Positions 36,274 to 45,281 of a stretch of DNA of 64,000 nt are shown in pieces. Position 1 is the first letter of the stretch. Every line of letters starts with the position of its first letter. The stretch is from an uncultured Candidatus Saccharibacteria bacterium. Its GTDB lineage: Bacteria; Patescibacteriota; Minisyncoccia; Phycocordibacterales; UBA5272. Below the pieces are notes generated by a model. It was not told where the DNA came from. It ran no database searches and worked only from the letters and a program-made list of their open reading frames with translations. Made by a program: the position numbers and the translations under genes. Where the stretch lies: NCBI GenBank assembly GCA_964512315.1, contig CAZEIK010000002.1, positions 45,304 to 109,303 on the forward strand. The letters are read 5' to 3'.

Positions 36274-37506
36274 TTATGCTTGAGTAGACAGATACCTGTC
36301 TAACTCTTCTCTTGCTATACGCGCATCACTCCAAGGCTCCTTTTTGCCGTCAGCTCGCATAATGTATGGGTCGGTGCCTTTGCCTGTTATTAGAATTGTG
36401 TCGCCGGATTCAGCTTTTGATATAGCTAATCTTATAGCCAGCCTTCTATCTTGCTCAATTATTGGAGTATGAACAGTCACACCACTCGCAACATCGTTAA
36501 TAATCTCCATAACATCATCATCATAAGGATCTTCATCTGTTACTATTATTGTGTCGCAGTATTTATCCGCTAATTCACCAAGCTTAGGTCTTTTTGATTT
36601 ATCTCTACCACCACCACAAGACCCAAGTATAGCTATCTTTTTGCCAGGATAGGTCTTGTATAACTTCTCAAGGCTTTCAGGTGTATGAGCATAGTCAACA
36701 ACCACGCGGAAGCTTTGTCCGGCATTAACCTCTTCCACTCGCCCAGGGACCACAGTTAGATGCATTAGCGCTGAAGATATTTTATCTTCAGATATTCCTA
36801 GACTACGCGCAAATGTAGCCGCTGCCAAAGCGTTAACTTTGTTGAACTCCCCAGGCAGTGATATTTTTATGTCAGTAGCATCTTTTTCATAATAAGGTAT
36901 ATTGTGTTCTACGTTGTATATTAAAAAGTGAGGACCATTTTTGTCAGTGACATTTGCTATTATGCGGCGATTCTTTTTGCTTGACCTCGCAACAGATCTG
37001 GCTATGCGTAACTTGGCATCACGGTATTTCTCAAATGACCCATGCGACTCGATGTGCTCAGGTGTTAAGTTGGTGAATATTAGAGTGTTGAGTGAGGTAA
37101 AAGCGTGGCGCCAGAATTTTGACCCCTCGCTTGTAGTCTCTACTATTGCGAATTGGCACCCAGCATCAACGGCCTCGCGCAAGAACTTTTGTACGAAGAA
37201 TCTTCCTGGCATAGTCATCTTGTATAAGTTAGACTTGTTGTGGTCAGCTATTTTGAAACGTATTGTAGAGAGTATTGCAGTCTTGTATCCAGCTTCTTCT
37301 AATATTGCATTCACGAACTCTGTGGTTGTGGACTTGCCTTTGGTCCCAGTTATTGCAACTACATGTATTTTCCTAGCGGGGAAGCGATACATAACAGCTC
37401 CAACAAAAGACAACATAAGGTGATATGTCGGTTGGAAAAATTTATATACTTTTCTAGGTATCAACTTTTCTGTTCTGCGCAAAACTTTTTCTAATACTTT
37501 ATTCAT
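36274..37506 (-). CDS. Mur ligase family protein (MurE-like, short N-terminus)
   Basis: P-loop VVAITGTKGKSTTTEF, DYAHTPESLEKL and C-terminal LITGKGTDPY, which are Mur ligase central and C-terminal domain features. Assignment within the family is uncertain. Confidence 0.65.
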   Translation of the reverse strand: MNKVLEKVLRRTEKLIPRKVYKFFQPTYHLMLSFVGAVMYRFPARKIHVVAITGTKGKSTTTEFVNAILEEAGYKTAILSTIRFKIADHNKSNLYKMTMPGRFFVQKFLREAVDAGCQFAIVETTSEGSKFWRHAFTSLNTLIFTNLTPEHIESHGSFEKYRDAKLRIARSVARSSKKNRRIIANVTDKNGPHFLIYNVEHNIPYYEKDATDIKISLPGEFNKVNALAAATFARSLGISEDKISSALMHLTVVPGRVEEVNAGQSFRVVVDYAHTPESLEKLYKTYPGKKIAILGSCGGGRDKSKRPKLGELADKYCDTIIVTDEDPYDDDVMEIINDVASGVTVHTPIIEQDRRLAIRLAISKAESGDTILITGKGTDPYIMRADGKKEPWSDARIAREELDRYLSTQA

Positions 37507-37515
37507 CTCTCTATT

Positions 37516-38133
37516 CTACTTTGTCTTGGATAAAATTTGAAGAGCCTCTCTAATGATCTCATTCATTGCTCCAGACGGTGATATATTGGTTAATGCTGAG
37601 GTAATATCTTTTTGATTGTAACCCAAGGTCTCAAGGGCAAGTCTCGCGTCACGCATAGCGTCAGTCTCATCTTTTGCGGCTTGATCCAAGTTGAATGAAT
37701 TCTTTAGCTCCAGTATTAACTTTTCTACAGTTTTCCTTCCTACACCAGGAACCTTGGGGAATAGGTCCACATTTGCAGATGCGATGGCTCTTATGATTGT
37801 GCTCGGTGTTGCTACTGACAGTATTCCTAATGCTGATTTAGGTCCCACACCAGAAACACTTATTAATTTTCTAAATAGCTGCCTCTCATTATCGTCAAAG
37901 AATCCGAATAGTGATATCTGGTCTTCGCGTACATGTGTATGAACGTATAATTCAATACTTGCGCCTGGCTGCAGAGCAATTAGGCTCGCTAGTGGAAGGT
38001 TGACTTCGTATCCTATGCCGCCCTGTACTATTAATATCTTGCTTTCGTCTATCAGTTTTACATCGCCAGCGAGGTATCCTATCATCCTTTGATTATAACA
38101 CAAATCTGTGGTATCATTGTCCCCATATGGCAA
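37516..38133 (-). CDS. ruvA: Holliday junction DNA helicase RuvA
   Basis: MIGYLAGDV...IVQGGIGYEVNLP N-terminal OB domain, HhH region (GVGPKSALGILS). 205 aa. Confidence 0.85.
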   Translation of the reverse strand: MPYGDNDTTDLCYNQRMIGYLAGDVKLIDESKILIVQGGIGYEVNLPLASLIALQPGASIELYVHTHVREDQISLFGFFDDNERQLFRKLISVSGVGPKSALGILSVATPSTIIRAIASANVDLFPKVPGVGRKTVEKLILELKNSFNLDQAAKDETDAMRDARLALETLGYNQKDITSALTNISPSGAMNEIIREALQILSKTK

Positions 38134-38390
38134 TTACCAAATCAGCAAAAAAAGCTCTTCGTGTAAGCGATCGTAAGAAGGTTGTAAATGACCGTCTATC
38201 GAAAACTATGAAAGAGGCTGTAAAAACAGTTCGCGCTAAAGTTCAAAAGTCTGATGCTTCTGCAAAAGACAGTCTTTCAAAAGCCTTCAAAGCTCTAGAC
38301 AAAGCAGCAAAGAGGGGAACAATTAAACGCGGAACAGCAGACCGCAAGAAGTCACGTCTTGCTAAAGCTGTAGCTAAGGTTTCTAAGTAA
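38127..38390 (+). CDS. rpsT: 30S ribosomal protein S20
   Basis: MAITKSAKKALRVSDRKK... basic alpha-helical 87-aa protein. Confidence 0.85.
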   Translation: MAITKSAKKALRVSDRKKVVNDRLSKTMKEAVKTVRAKVQKSDASAKDSLSKAFKALDKAAKRGTIKRGTADRKKSRLAKAVAKVSK

Positions 38391-38429
38391 ATTTAAAAGA
38401 ACGTCGACCGACGGGTCGGTGTTCCATAC

Positions 38430-38501
38430 GCTCTCGTAGTTCAATGGATAGAATTCAGGTTTGCGGTACCTGCGATGTAGGTTCGATTCCTACCGAGAGC
38501 A
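38430..38501 (+). tRNA. tRNA-Arg (anticodon read as GCG)
   Basis: GCTCTCGTAGTTCAATGGATAGAATTCAGGTTTGCGGTACCTGCGATGTAGGTTCGATTCCTACCGAGAGCA. Acceptor, D, anticodon (CAGGT/ACCTG) and T stems all pair. Loop TTGCGGT. Confidence 0.7.
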
Positions 38502-38536
38502 CTAAAAATTAAAGAAAATCAAACATGGTTTTCAAT

Positions 38537-38581
38537 TGAGTGAAGTGACTATATTTTGTGACCGATTCCTACCGAGAGCAC
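38537..38581 (+). repeat. conserved tRNA-associated element, truncated copy C (ends in a copy of the tRNA-Arg 3' end)
   Basis: GAGTGAAGTGACTATATTTTGTGACCGATTCCTA is 36/37 identical to copy B. Terminal CGATTCCTACCGAGAGCAC duplicates tRNA 38483-38501. Confidence 0.6.
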
Positions 38582-38606
38582 GTTCTAGTGAGATATACTA
38601 AATATC

Positions 38607-39179
38607 ATGAAAACTTTCTTTATTATCCCAGGCTTTAAACAAAAAGTGAATGATAAAAGTTTTGTGTGGTTAAAAGATTTTCTTACTAAAAAAGGATTTC
38701 GGGTGGTTATGGTTCCTGTTAAATGGAATCGAACTACGTTAACAGATTGTGCAGTTTTATTTGAGGATTTTTTTGATGAGAATAGAGGCGCAGAAAATTA
38801 TGTACTTGGTTTTTCCTATGGTGCTATTATTGCACTCATGACTGCAGAGAAACTTCAACCGAAGAAGCTTTTTCTGTGTTCACTAAGTTCTGATTTTAAA
38901 GAAGACGTTCCCAGTATGAGCGATGCAATAAAAAGATATATCGGCAAAAGAAGGGTGGACGATTGTTTGACTAGAAGCGGTAAAGATATTGCTAAAAAAC
39001 TTTCTATTCCTACGGTTATTTTTTATGGTGATAAGGAAGGAATTGAATATCCTCAACTTAAAAAGAGGTGTGAAGAAACCGCTCGTTTATCAGCAAGGAC
39101 AAAGATTGTAATTGTAAAAAACTCACCACACGATATATCTTTTCCAAGTTATAAAAAGGCTATTTGCGATTATGTTTAG
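38607..39179 (+). CDS. alpha/beta-hydrolase fold protein
   Basis: Nucleophile-elbow-like GFSYGA. 190 aa. Confidence 0.5.
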   Translation: MKTFFIIPGFKQKVNDKSFVWLKDFLTKKGFRVVMVPVKWNRTTLTDCAVLFEDFFDENRGAENYVLGFSYGAIIALMTAEKLQPKKLFLCSLSSDFKEDVPSMSDAIKRYIGKRRVDDCLTRSGKDIAKKLSIPTVIFYGDKEGIEYPQLKKRCEETARLSARTKIVIVKNSPHDISFPSYKKAICDYV

Positions 39180-39208
39180 CGTTTATTATATTTATAAGTG
39201 ATATAAAT

Positions 39209-39961
39209 CTAAAACCACGGGAGCATGGCGTTAGTTTTGGATTTGTATTCTTGCCAGGCTTTGCGGACTTTCTCATCTGGATTTTTATCCCATCTTTTTT
39301 CTAACATCGGAACACCAGAGACAAAACGTAGTAGGTAAGTGATGAGAAGCGGTGAGACTATCATCCACCAGCGAGCAGGTTCGAGCGTTGCAATAAATAT
39401 TCCCCACCACATTGTAGCTTCACCAAAATAATTAGGGTGACGTGTGTATCTCCACAGTCCGCTAGTCATAATGCCACTAACACCACTTCGAATGAATTTA
39501 TCTAATTGATAATCACCCACAGCTTCGAAGATAAATCCAAATATCCAAATAACTAGACCCAAATAGAAGTATTTGGATGTGCCATCAAAAACAACAACAG
39601 GGGACACGATAATTGCTGCGATAGCGGCTTGGAGTATAAAAACTTGTAATAGGCTGCGTAAATAAAAATATAATTTGCCGCTCTTGCTCCAGAGTTCACG
39701 CCAAGCGGCGTATCTAAAGTCCTCAGGTTTGCCGGCATTTTTCTTATATATTCTATATGACAGTCTGATGCCCCAAGTCAAAACCAAGATTGTCACAATT
39801 ACTTTTTGTACAGAAGGGTTATCGTTTAAAAATAGGGAGGTTGTCGCAGCCACCATGAATCCATATGAATAACATATGTCAGCGATCGAGTTATCCTTTT
39901 TAAATATTGAAAAAATGAACACCACAATGGCAACTAAAAATATTAGTATAAATGGGGCCAT
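39209..39961 (-). CDS. DUF1295 / steroid-5-alpha-reductase / ICMT-like membrane methyltransferase-fold protein
   Basis: Polytopic. C-terminal RYTRHPNYFGEATMWWG motif characteristic of the family. Confidence 0.6.
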   Translation of the reverse strand: MAPFILIFLVAIVVFIFSIFKKDNSIADICYSYGFMVAATTSLFLNDNPSVQKVIVTILVLTWGIRLSYRIYKKNAGKPEDFRYAAWRELWSKSGKLYFYLRSLLQVFILQAAIAAIIVSPVVVFDGTSKYFYLGLVIWIFGFIFEAVGDYQLDKFIRSGVSGIMTSGLWRYTRHPNYFGEATMWWGIFIATLEPARWWMIVSPLLITYLLRFVSGVPMLEKRWDKNPDEKVRKAWQEYKSKTNAMLPWF

Positions 39962-39975
39962 GTGTGTAGTATACT

Positions 39976-40440
39976 ATGGAGTATATGGAAGCTTTTAAGA
40001 TTGGTGATGGGGGTGGTGATATGTGGAATAGAAAAAACCAGGGAAGTGACGTGGAAAGTATTGAGGCTTTTTTGAGGGATAGGAGCAAAGGTTCGCGTGA
40101 GGCAGTAATTAAGAATGAGGCGTATGCAGATGTACCAAAAGAGCTCATATCGAATCCAAATATTTCAGAGATTGGCTTGGTTTTCTATGACGAGAGCTCT
40201 ACTTTGAACGATGGCGCAGAGATGTTTAAAAGAAAGGTTAGATTAGAGGTAGGTTTTAAAAACACAGAAGGACATAGAACTTACACTTTTGTTTTGCCTG
40301 AAGATTTGATTAAAATCCCAATCCAAGCAATGACTGAAATTTCCGGAGAAGAAAACCCAGTATTAGGCTATCAAAAATTTTACCCGATTAAAGAGCTTAT
40401 TCTAGAATCAGACAAAAAGATTAACAAAAGTTTGGCCTAG
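39976..40440 (+). CDS. hypothetical protein
   Basis: 154-aa ORF with no recognised motif. Confidence 0.35.
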   Translation: MEYMEAFKIGDGGGDMWNRKNQGSDVESIEAFLRDRSKGSREAVIKNEAYADVPKELISNPNISEIGLVFYDESSTLNDGAEMFKRKVRLEVGFKNTEGHRTYTFVLPEDLIKIPIQAMTEISGEENPVLGYQKFYPIKELILESDKKINKSLA

Positions 40441-40478
40441 AAAAAAACTAATATACGTGCTAGAATACTGTCTTATAA

Positions 40479-40565
40479 GGAAGTGTGGCCGAGTGGTTTA
40501 AGGCACCTGTCTTGAAAACAGACGACCCCTTAAAGGTCCGTGAGTTCGAATCTCACCACTTCCGC
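40479..40565 (+). tRNA. tRNA-Ser (anticodon UGA)
   Basis: GGAAGTGTGGCCGAGTGGTTTAAGGCACCTGTCTTGAAAACAGACG... with a long variable arm and GAGTTCGAATCTC T-arm. Matches the canonical tRNA-Ser(UGA) architecture from memory. Confidence 0.85.
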
Positions 40566-40572
40566 TAAAATC

Positions 40573-41010
40573 ATGAAAATACATGAATTGGGTCATGTTG
40601 TGTTATATGTTTCTAATTTAGAAAAATCTGCGAATTTCTATCGAGATATTTTGGGTTTTAAAGAAATACATAGAGACTCGCACACTGCATTCTACTCAAC
40701 AGGTAGGACTCATCACGAGATGCTTCTGATTGAGGTTGGCGGACAGAAAGATGTAACCAATTATCCAAAGCCTGGACTCTATCATATTGGTTTTAAAATT
40801 GGTAATACCGATGACGAGCTGCGCGAAGCAAAAGATACTCTACTAAAAAATGGAATAGAAATAGTTGGCTCAGCCGATCATCATGTGACACATAGCTTGT
40901 ATATATTAGATCCAGATCAAAATGAGCTAGAGCTGTATATTGATGTAGATGACACCTGGAAGACGGACCATAGCAAAATACTAAATCCAACAAAAAGATT
41001 AGACCTCTAG
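40573..41010 (+). CDS. VOC (glyoxalase/bleomycin-resistance/dioxygenase) family protein
   Basis: MKIHELGHVVLYVSNLEKSANFYRDILGF... and the YHIGFKI second module. The ORF-track start at 40540 lies inside the tRNA-Ser, so the ATG at 40573 is preferred. Confidence 0.7.
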   Translation: MKIHELGHVVLYVSNLEKSANFYRDILGFKEIHRDSHTAFYSTGRTHHEMLLIEVGGQKDVTNYPKPGLYHIGFKIGNTDDELREAKDTLLKNGIEIVGSADHHVTHSLYILDPDQNELELYIDVDDTWKTDHSKILNPTKRLDL

Positions 41011-41044
41011 GACAGGCAAAATGTTCTGTGTTAAAATACTAAGA

Positions 41045-41473
41045 ATGAAATATCTTGGTATAGATTATGGTAGTAAAAAAGTAGGATTTGCAGAAAGTGA
41101 TGACGAAGGCGCGTTAGCATTCCCAATGATGATAGCCGCAAATGATAAGTCATTACTACGCGACACATTAGAAGTTATAAAGGCGTTACATATACACACT
41201 GTTGTAATAGGAGAAAGCTTGGATGGCAAAGGTAAGCCAAACCCAATAGCAAAAGAAGCAAGAGAGTTCGGGGTTAACTTGGAGAATTCTTGTGATGTTA
41301 GGGTTGTTTTTGAAAAAGAATGGTACAGTACAGCAGAAGCTAGAAAGCAGCCAGAAGCCGGAGACAATGTGGATGACGCAGCAGCAGCTATAATCTTGCA
41401 GAGATATTTGGATAAAATTAATCCTAAGAAATATGCAGACGAGGAGGTAGAAGAGGAAGATAATGAAGATTAA
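41045..41473 (+). CDS. ruvX: Holliday junction resolvase-like protein RuvX/YqgF (pre-16S rRNA nuclease)
   Basis: MKYLGIDYGSKKVGFAESD N-terminus. Acidic C-terminal tail. Confidence 0.8.
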   Translation: MKYLGIDYGSKKVGFAESDDEGALAFPMMIAANDKSLLRDTLEVIKALHIHTVVIGESLDGKGKPNPIAKEAREFGVNLENSCDVRVVFEKEWYSTAEARKQPEAGDNVDDAAAAIILQRYLDKINPKKYADEEVEEEDNED

Positions 41474-41478
41474 ATATT

Positions 41479-41832
41479 ATGGAAAACGAAATCAAAATAG
41501 AAAATAATCACATTACAATAGATGACTTTGCAAAAGTTGAGATAATGCTAGGCACTATTATAAGCGCAGAAGAGGTGGAGGGTAGTGATAAGTTATATAG
41601 ACTCAAGGTTAATTTTGGGGAAGAAAGGGTGAGAAACGTTTTCTCTGGTATTAAGAAGTATATTACCACAGAAGAGTTGGTTGGTAAGCAGTTCCCATTT
41701 GTTACCAATCTTGAGCCACGCAAAATGATGGGTGATTATAGTGAGGCCATGATACTAGCTGGAAGTGTTGGGGATGACTTGGCATTAATGTCTCCAACTA
41801 AACAATTACCTAACGGAACCAAATTAAGGTAG
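41479..41832 (+). CDS. tRNA-binding domain protein (CsaA/Trbp111-like)
   Basis: DFAKVEIMLGTIISAEEVEGSDKLYRLKVNFGEE...FPFVTNLEPRKMMGDYSEAMILA, an OB-fold tRNA-binding (Myf) domain. Confidence 0.75.
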   Translation: MENEIKIENNHITIDDFAKVEIMLGTIISAEEVEGSDKLYRLKVNFGEERVRNVFSGIKKYITTEELVGKQFPFVTNLEPRKMMGDYSEAMILAGSVGDDLALMSPTKQLPNGTKLR

Positions 41833-41841
41833 ACTAATAAA

Positions 41842-42432
41842 GTGAGACACTTTTTAGAAAAAATATTTTCCCGGGTGGAAAAATTTGCTAATACAAAATA
41901 TAAGCTGCATGCGTTATTTTGGGTTGCTTTTACTGAGTCGTCTTTTTTCATAGTTCCGCCTGATGTGTTGGTGGCACCGATTGCTTTGTATAAAAAATAC
42001 ACACCCAGATTCCTTGCTATTTTTACTGGTGTAGCCAGCTCGCTCGGAGGCATTTTTGGTTATGGTGTAGGGTACTTTTTCTTTCACACCATTGGAGTTA
42101 AAATAATTAATTTTTATAATGCTTGGGAGGTGTTCGATAAGGTTAAACATCTGTATGAGGGTAGTACGTTCTTTACAGTTCTGGTTGCTGCTTTTACCCC
42201 GATACCATATAAAGTCTTTACAATAGCTGGTGGTATGTTTGGGGTTAATATTATTACTTTTACATTAGCATCCCTCTTGGGTAGAGGCACAAGATTCTAC
42301 CTGGTGGCGAAGCTATCTGAAAAGTATGGCCAAGATGCCCTAGGATTGATTTTAAAAAGGTACGATAAGGTGTTATTAGTAATAGGCGTTATTCTTTTAG
42401 CTGGTTTATACTTCTTATTAAATGAAAATTAA
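41842..42432 (+). CDS. DedA/YqaA-family membrane protein
   Basis: FTESSFFIVPPDVLVAPIAL motif and 4-5 TM helices. Confidence 0.6.
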   Translation: MRHFLEKIFSRVEKFANTKYKLHALFWVAFTESSFFIVPPDVLVAPIALYKKYTPRFLAIFTGVASSLGGIFGYGVGYFFFHTIGVKIINFYNAWEVFDKVKHLYEGSTFFTVLVAAFTPIPYKVFTIAGGMFGVNIITFTLASLLGRGTRFYLVAKLSEKYGQDALGLILKRYDKVLLVIGVILLAGLYFLLNEN

Positions 42433-42679
42433 AATAGAAGATACACAAATAGAAGTTCTAGCAAGAGATGGTTACAAAAATACCTTCAATTATGGCTCAT
42501 TACATATAGATGAGGCAGGCTTCCAAGCGGTAGATAATATTGTAGAAGCCACATCTAAACACATAGCTAGCGATGAGGAAGTGTTTGTTGAGTCAGTTCA
42601 AAATAACGTAGCCGCTAAGATGATAGGCAGGAAAATAGAGGACAAAATAAAACGAGAAGTTAGTTTTATTTATATTTAG
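42422..42679 (+). CDS. hypothetical protein
   Basis: 85-aa ORF. Confidence 0.3.
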   Translation: MKIKIEDTQIEVLARDGYKNTFNYGSLHIDEAGFQAVDNIVEATSKHIASDEEVFVESVQNNVAAKMIGRKIEDKIKREVSFIYI

Positions 42680-43383
42680 TTATCAGATATTTTTCTGTAT
42701 ACAGCAACCGTTGCAAAGCAGAATACGCCAGCAAGTATTACTCCAGGAATGAAAAGCAGAGCAAAACCAATAGTCATGACAATTACAGATATTACATAAA
42801 ACGCTGCTAATTTGAATGCGTGAGGGTGGCATATTTTGTAGCTGTACTTAAGAGAGGCGATTACACCTTTTTGCCTGTCTATCATCGATAGAATTGAAAA
42901 TCCGAATAGGGTGTACACATACAATCCACCAATTATCGCAAAAGCTACCAGTAAGTATGATGTGAGGTCTGGTGCGTAGAAGTTGTCGCTATCAGCTAAA
43001 TGTATAGCAATAGGTAATACAAACACAAAAGACATTGCTCCGGTTATAAGTTGTATAAGTATATATCTCCAACAATCTCTTAATGTGTGTGAAGTTTTTT
43101 CAAAAAGATTTTTGATTGATACAGGGTGATTATCACTCGCGCGCAGTATGCCTTTTATCAAGTTATACCCTAAAAATACACCCACCAAGCTAAGCACAAA
43201 GTTAGCTAGGGCGTATATTGGACCTTGTTCTACTTGGAAGGACCAGTTTTTAATATACATATACATGTCTGCACCAGAAGTCACCAGTGAGATGATTAGC
43301 CCAGAAATTATTACGTATTTCCAGTTATTTTTGAATTTAGACCATCCGACCTTGTATGCATCTAGTATAGAAAATGTATTCAT
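42676..43383 (-). CDS. polytopic integral membrane protein (hypothetical)
   Basis: Six or more hydrophobic helices across 235 aa. Confidence 0.5.
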   Translation of the reverse strand: MNTFSILDAYKVGWSKFKNNWKYVIISGLIISLVTSGADMYMYIKNWSFQVEQGPIYALANFVLSLVGVFLGYNLIKGILRASDNHPVSIKNLFEKTSHTLRDCWRYILIQLITGAMSFVFVLPIAIHLADSDNFYAPDLTSYLLVAFAIIGGLYVYTLFGFSILSMIDRQKGVIASLKYSYKICHPHAFKLAAFYVISVIVMTIGFALLFIPGVILAGVFCFATVAVYRKISDN

Positions 43384-43447
43384 ACAAAAAGTATAGCAGA
43401 TTTTGATGTTTAGTTAGTATTTGTTGCCACAGATACTTTTTAAAATT

Positions 43448-43521
43448 GGTGTCCCTGCTAGGAATCGGTCACAAAATATAGTCGCTTCACTCCTTATTTC
43501 GCGACCCCGTATTCGACTCCT
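43448..43521 (-). repeat. conserved tRNA-associated element, copy B (ends in a copy of the tRNA-Arg(UCU) 3' end)
   Basis: Shares TCGAATACGGGGTCGCGAAA and GAGTGAAGCGACTATATTTTGTGACCGATTCCTA (tRNA sense) with copies A and C. Terminal GATTCCTAGCAGGGACACC matches tRNA 3' end GATTCCTAGCGGGGACA with one mismatch. Confidence 0.6.
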
Positions 43522-43563
43522 AAAAGCAAAACCTAAGTTTTGCTTTTGTGTACACTTTACAAG

Positions 43564-43635
43564 TGTCCCCGCTAGGAATCGAACCTAGATCTAGAGCTTA
43601 GAAGGCTCTCGTTCTATCCATTGAACTACGGGGAC
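43564..43635 (-). tRNA. tRNA-Arg (anticodon UCU)
   Basis: GTCCCCGTAGTTCAATGGATAGAACGAGAGCCTTCTAAGCTCTAGATCTAGGTTCGATTCCTAGCGGGGACA. Anticodon loop CTTCTAA. Confidence 0.8.
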
Positions 43636-43681
43636 AATGGAATAGCATATACTCTAGCATATTTTTGTTATACTTGGAATT

Positions 43682-44164
43682 ATGGAACACATAGATAAAG
43701 TAGACACTCTTTCTGCTGCAGATAAACACAACTCACCGCTTGAGGGGGATTACGGTTTCGATAAAAATAAGACAGCTACAAGTATGTTAATAGAAATGTT
43801 ACCAAAACCATTTGAGGAGATTCTGGAAATCTCTCGTTCGGACGAAAAAGTCTTCAAGGCTTTTAAGGAAATGGTTAAGCAGTCATTTAGATATATGTTA
43901 ACCATTCATGAATTGCAAGAAGAGATAAAAAATTCCCAAGTTGGTAGTGAGGAGTTTCAAAGAAAAGACGCCAGTAGAACCAGGACTCATAACTCAACAA
44001 TTGACTCAATAAATATATGGTCAAGGTCTTTAAGATATGCAGATATAGATAATGGTTTTTTACAAAACGTTGTTCAGAACAGAGTGTCGTACGGTAATTT
44101 TGCTATGGGTATCGCGGCAGCTGTTTACTTAGATAAAAAGCTTTTTAATGAGTTGACACAGTAG
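43682..44164 (+). CDS. hypothetical protein
   Basis: 160-aa ORF. Confidence 0.4.
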   Translation: MEHIDKVDTLSAADKHNSPLEGDYGFDKNKTATSMLIEMLPKPFEEILEISRSDEKVFKAFKEMVKQSFRYMLTIHELQEEIKNSQVGSEEFQRKDASRTRTHNSTIDSINIWSRSLRYADIDNGFLQNVVQNRVSYGNFAMGIAAAVYLDKKLFNELTQ

Positions 44165-44211
44165 TGATTATATTATACAATATATTTCTTACTTTTTCTT
44201 TGGGGTATAAA

Positions 44212-44388
44212 ATGGCCTGTAAAGGTCGAAACAAAGACCGCGCAACCCTAAAACAGTTGACGGCAAAAGAGATACGTTCCGCGTTGGTTTCTGGCGCAAA
44301 GACGGATGTAATTGAAAACGTTTCTGACCGCGACCGCCTGCAGGGCGTGGAGCAAATTTTGAAAGGATACATTAATGAGAAAAAGTAA
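44212..44388 (+). CDS. small basic hypothetical protein
   Basis: MACKGRNKDRATLKQLTAKE..., an internal ATG of ORF 44164-44388. Confidence 0.25.
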   Translation: MACKGRNKDRATLKQLTAKEIRSALVSGAKTDVIENVSDRDRLQGVEQILKGYINEKK

Positions 44389-44421
44389 AAGCCGCACAGT
44401 GTCACTGGCGACTTTTATAAT

Positions 44422-44497
44422 TGGTGGGGGATAAGGGATTTGAACCCCTGACCTTCGCAGTGTAAATGCGCTGCTCTACCAACTGAGCTAATCCCCC
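44422..44497 (-). tRNA. tRNA-Val (anticodon UAC), CCA encoded
   Basis: GGGGGATTAGCTCAGTTGGTAGAGCAGCGCATTTACACTGCGAAGGTCAGGGGTTCAAATCCCTTATCCCCCACCA. Loop TTTACAC. Confidence 0.85.
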
Positions 44498-44525
44498 GAA
44501 TATGTGCTAGTATAATACAGTATTT

Positions 44526-45278
44526 ATGAGTAATAATCAACTAGCTACAGATTTGTATAAAAAGAAAGCTTTTCCATTCGAAGTCCTATATGAAGACGAT
44601 AATATTTTTATTATGAATAAGCCAGCTGGGGTAATGGTTCATGCTGACGGGCGCAGCGACGAGGAGACGTTGGCAGACATTATAAGAAAAAGTATGCCGG
44701 AGTTGGTTGGTGTAGGCGAGGATGATAGGCCGGGTATAGTGCATCGCTTGGACAGGGACACGACAGGTGTGATGGTTATATGTAAGACACAGGAGGCTTT
44801 TAAGAAAATGAAGAATAAGTTTAAAGAGCATCATGTTAAAAAGGTCTATCGTGCAATTGTTGAAGGTAATATTAGAAATGAGACTGGGGTGATAGATACG
44901 CCAATTGCTCGTGCCAAGAGTGACTTTAGAAAAAAGAGCGTAGTGGACCCTTATTCGCAAGATTATAGAGGCGAAGAGAGGGAGGCTGTGACACGTTATA
45001 AAGTTATACAAAGAAGTGAAGATAAAAAGTTTACTTATATAGAAGTATACCCAGAGACGGGCCGCACCCATCAAATACGTGTACACATGCGCAGCATTAG
45101 GCATCCAATAATTGGAGATGATTTGTATGGCTCAAGGCTTGGTAAGGATGAAGCCACAAGGACGATGCTGCACGCAAGAAGTATAGAATTTACCTTGAGA
45201 AATAAAGATATTAAGGTAGAGTCACCTATACCTGCTGACATGGAGCAGTGTCTTGATAAGCTTTTTAAAATGTGTTAG
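44526..45278 (+). CDS. RluA-family pseudouridine synthase
   Basis: Catalytic HRLDRDTTGVMVICK. 250 aa without an S4 domain. Confidence 0.85.
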   Translation: MSNNQLATDLYKKKAFPFEVLYEDDNIFIMNKPAGVMVHADGRSDEETLADIIRKSMPELVGVGEDDRPGIVHRLDRDTTGVMVICKTQEAFKKMKNKFKEHHVKKVYRAIVEGNIRNETGVIDTPIARAKSDFRKKSVVDPYSQDYRGEEREAVTRYKVIQRSEDKKFTYIEVYPETGRTHQIRVHMRSIRHPIIGDDLYGSRLGKDEATRTMLHARSIEFTLRNKDIKVESPIPADMEQCLDKLFKMC

Positions 45279-45281
45279 GAT

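Noticed and set aside
40540-40572. ORF-track start of the VOC gene at 40540
   Set aside because: That start lies inside tRNA-Ser (40479-40565). The ATG at 40573 (MKIHELGH) is the plausible start.
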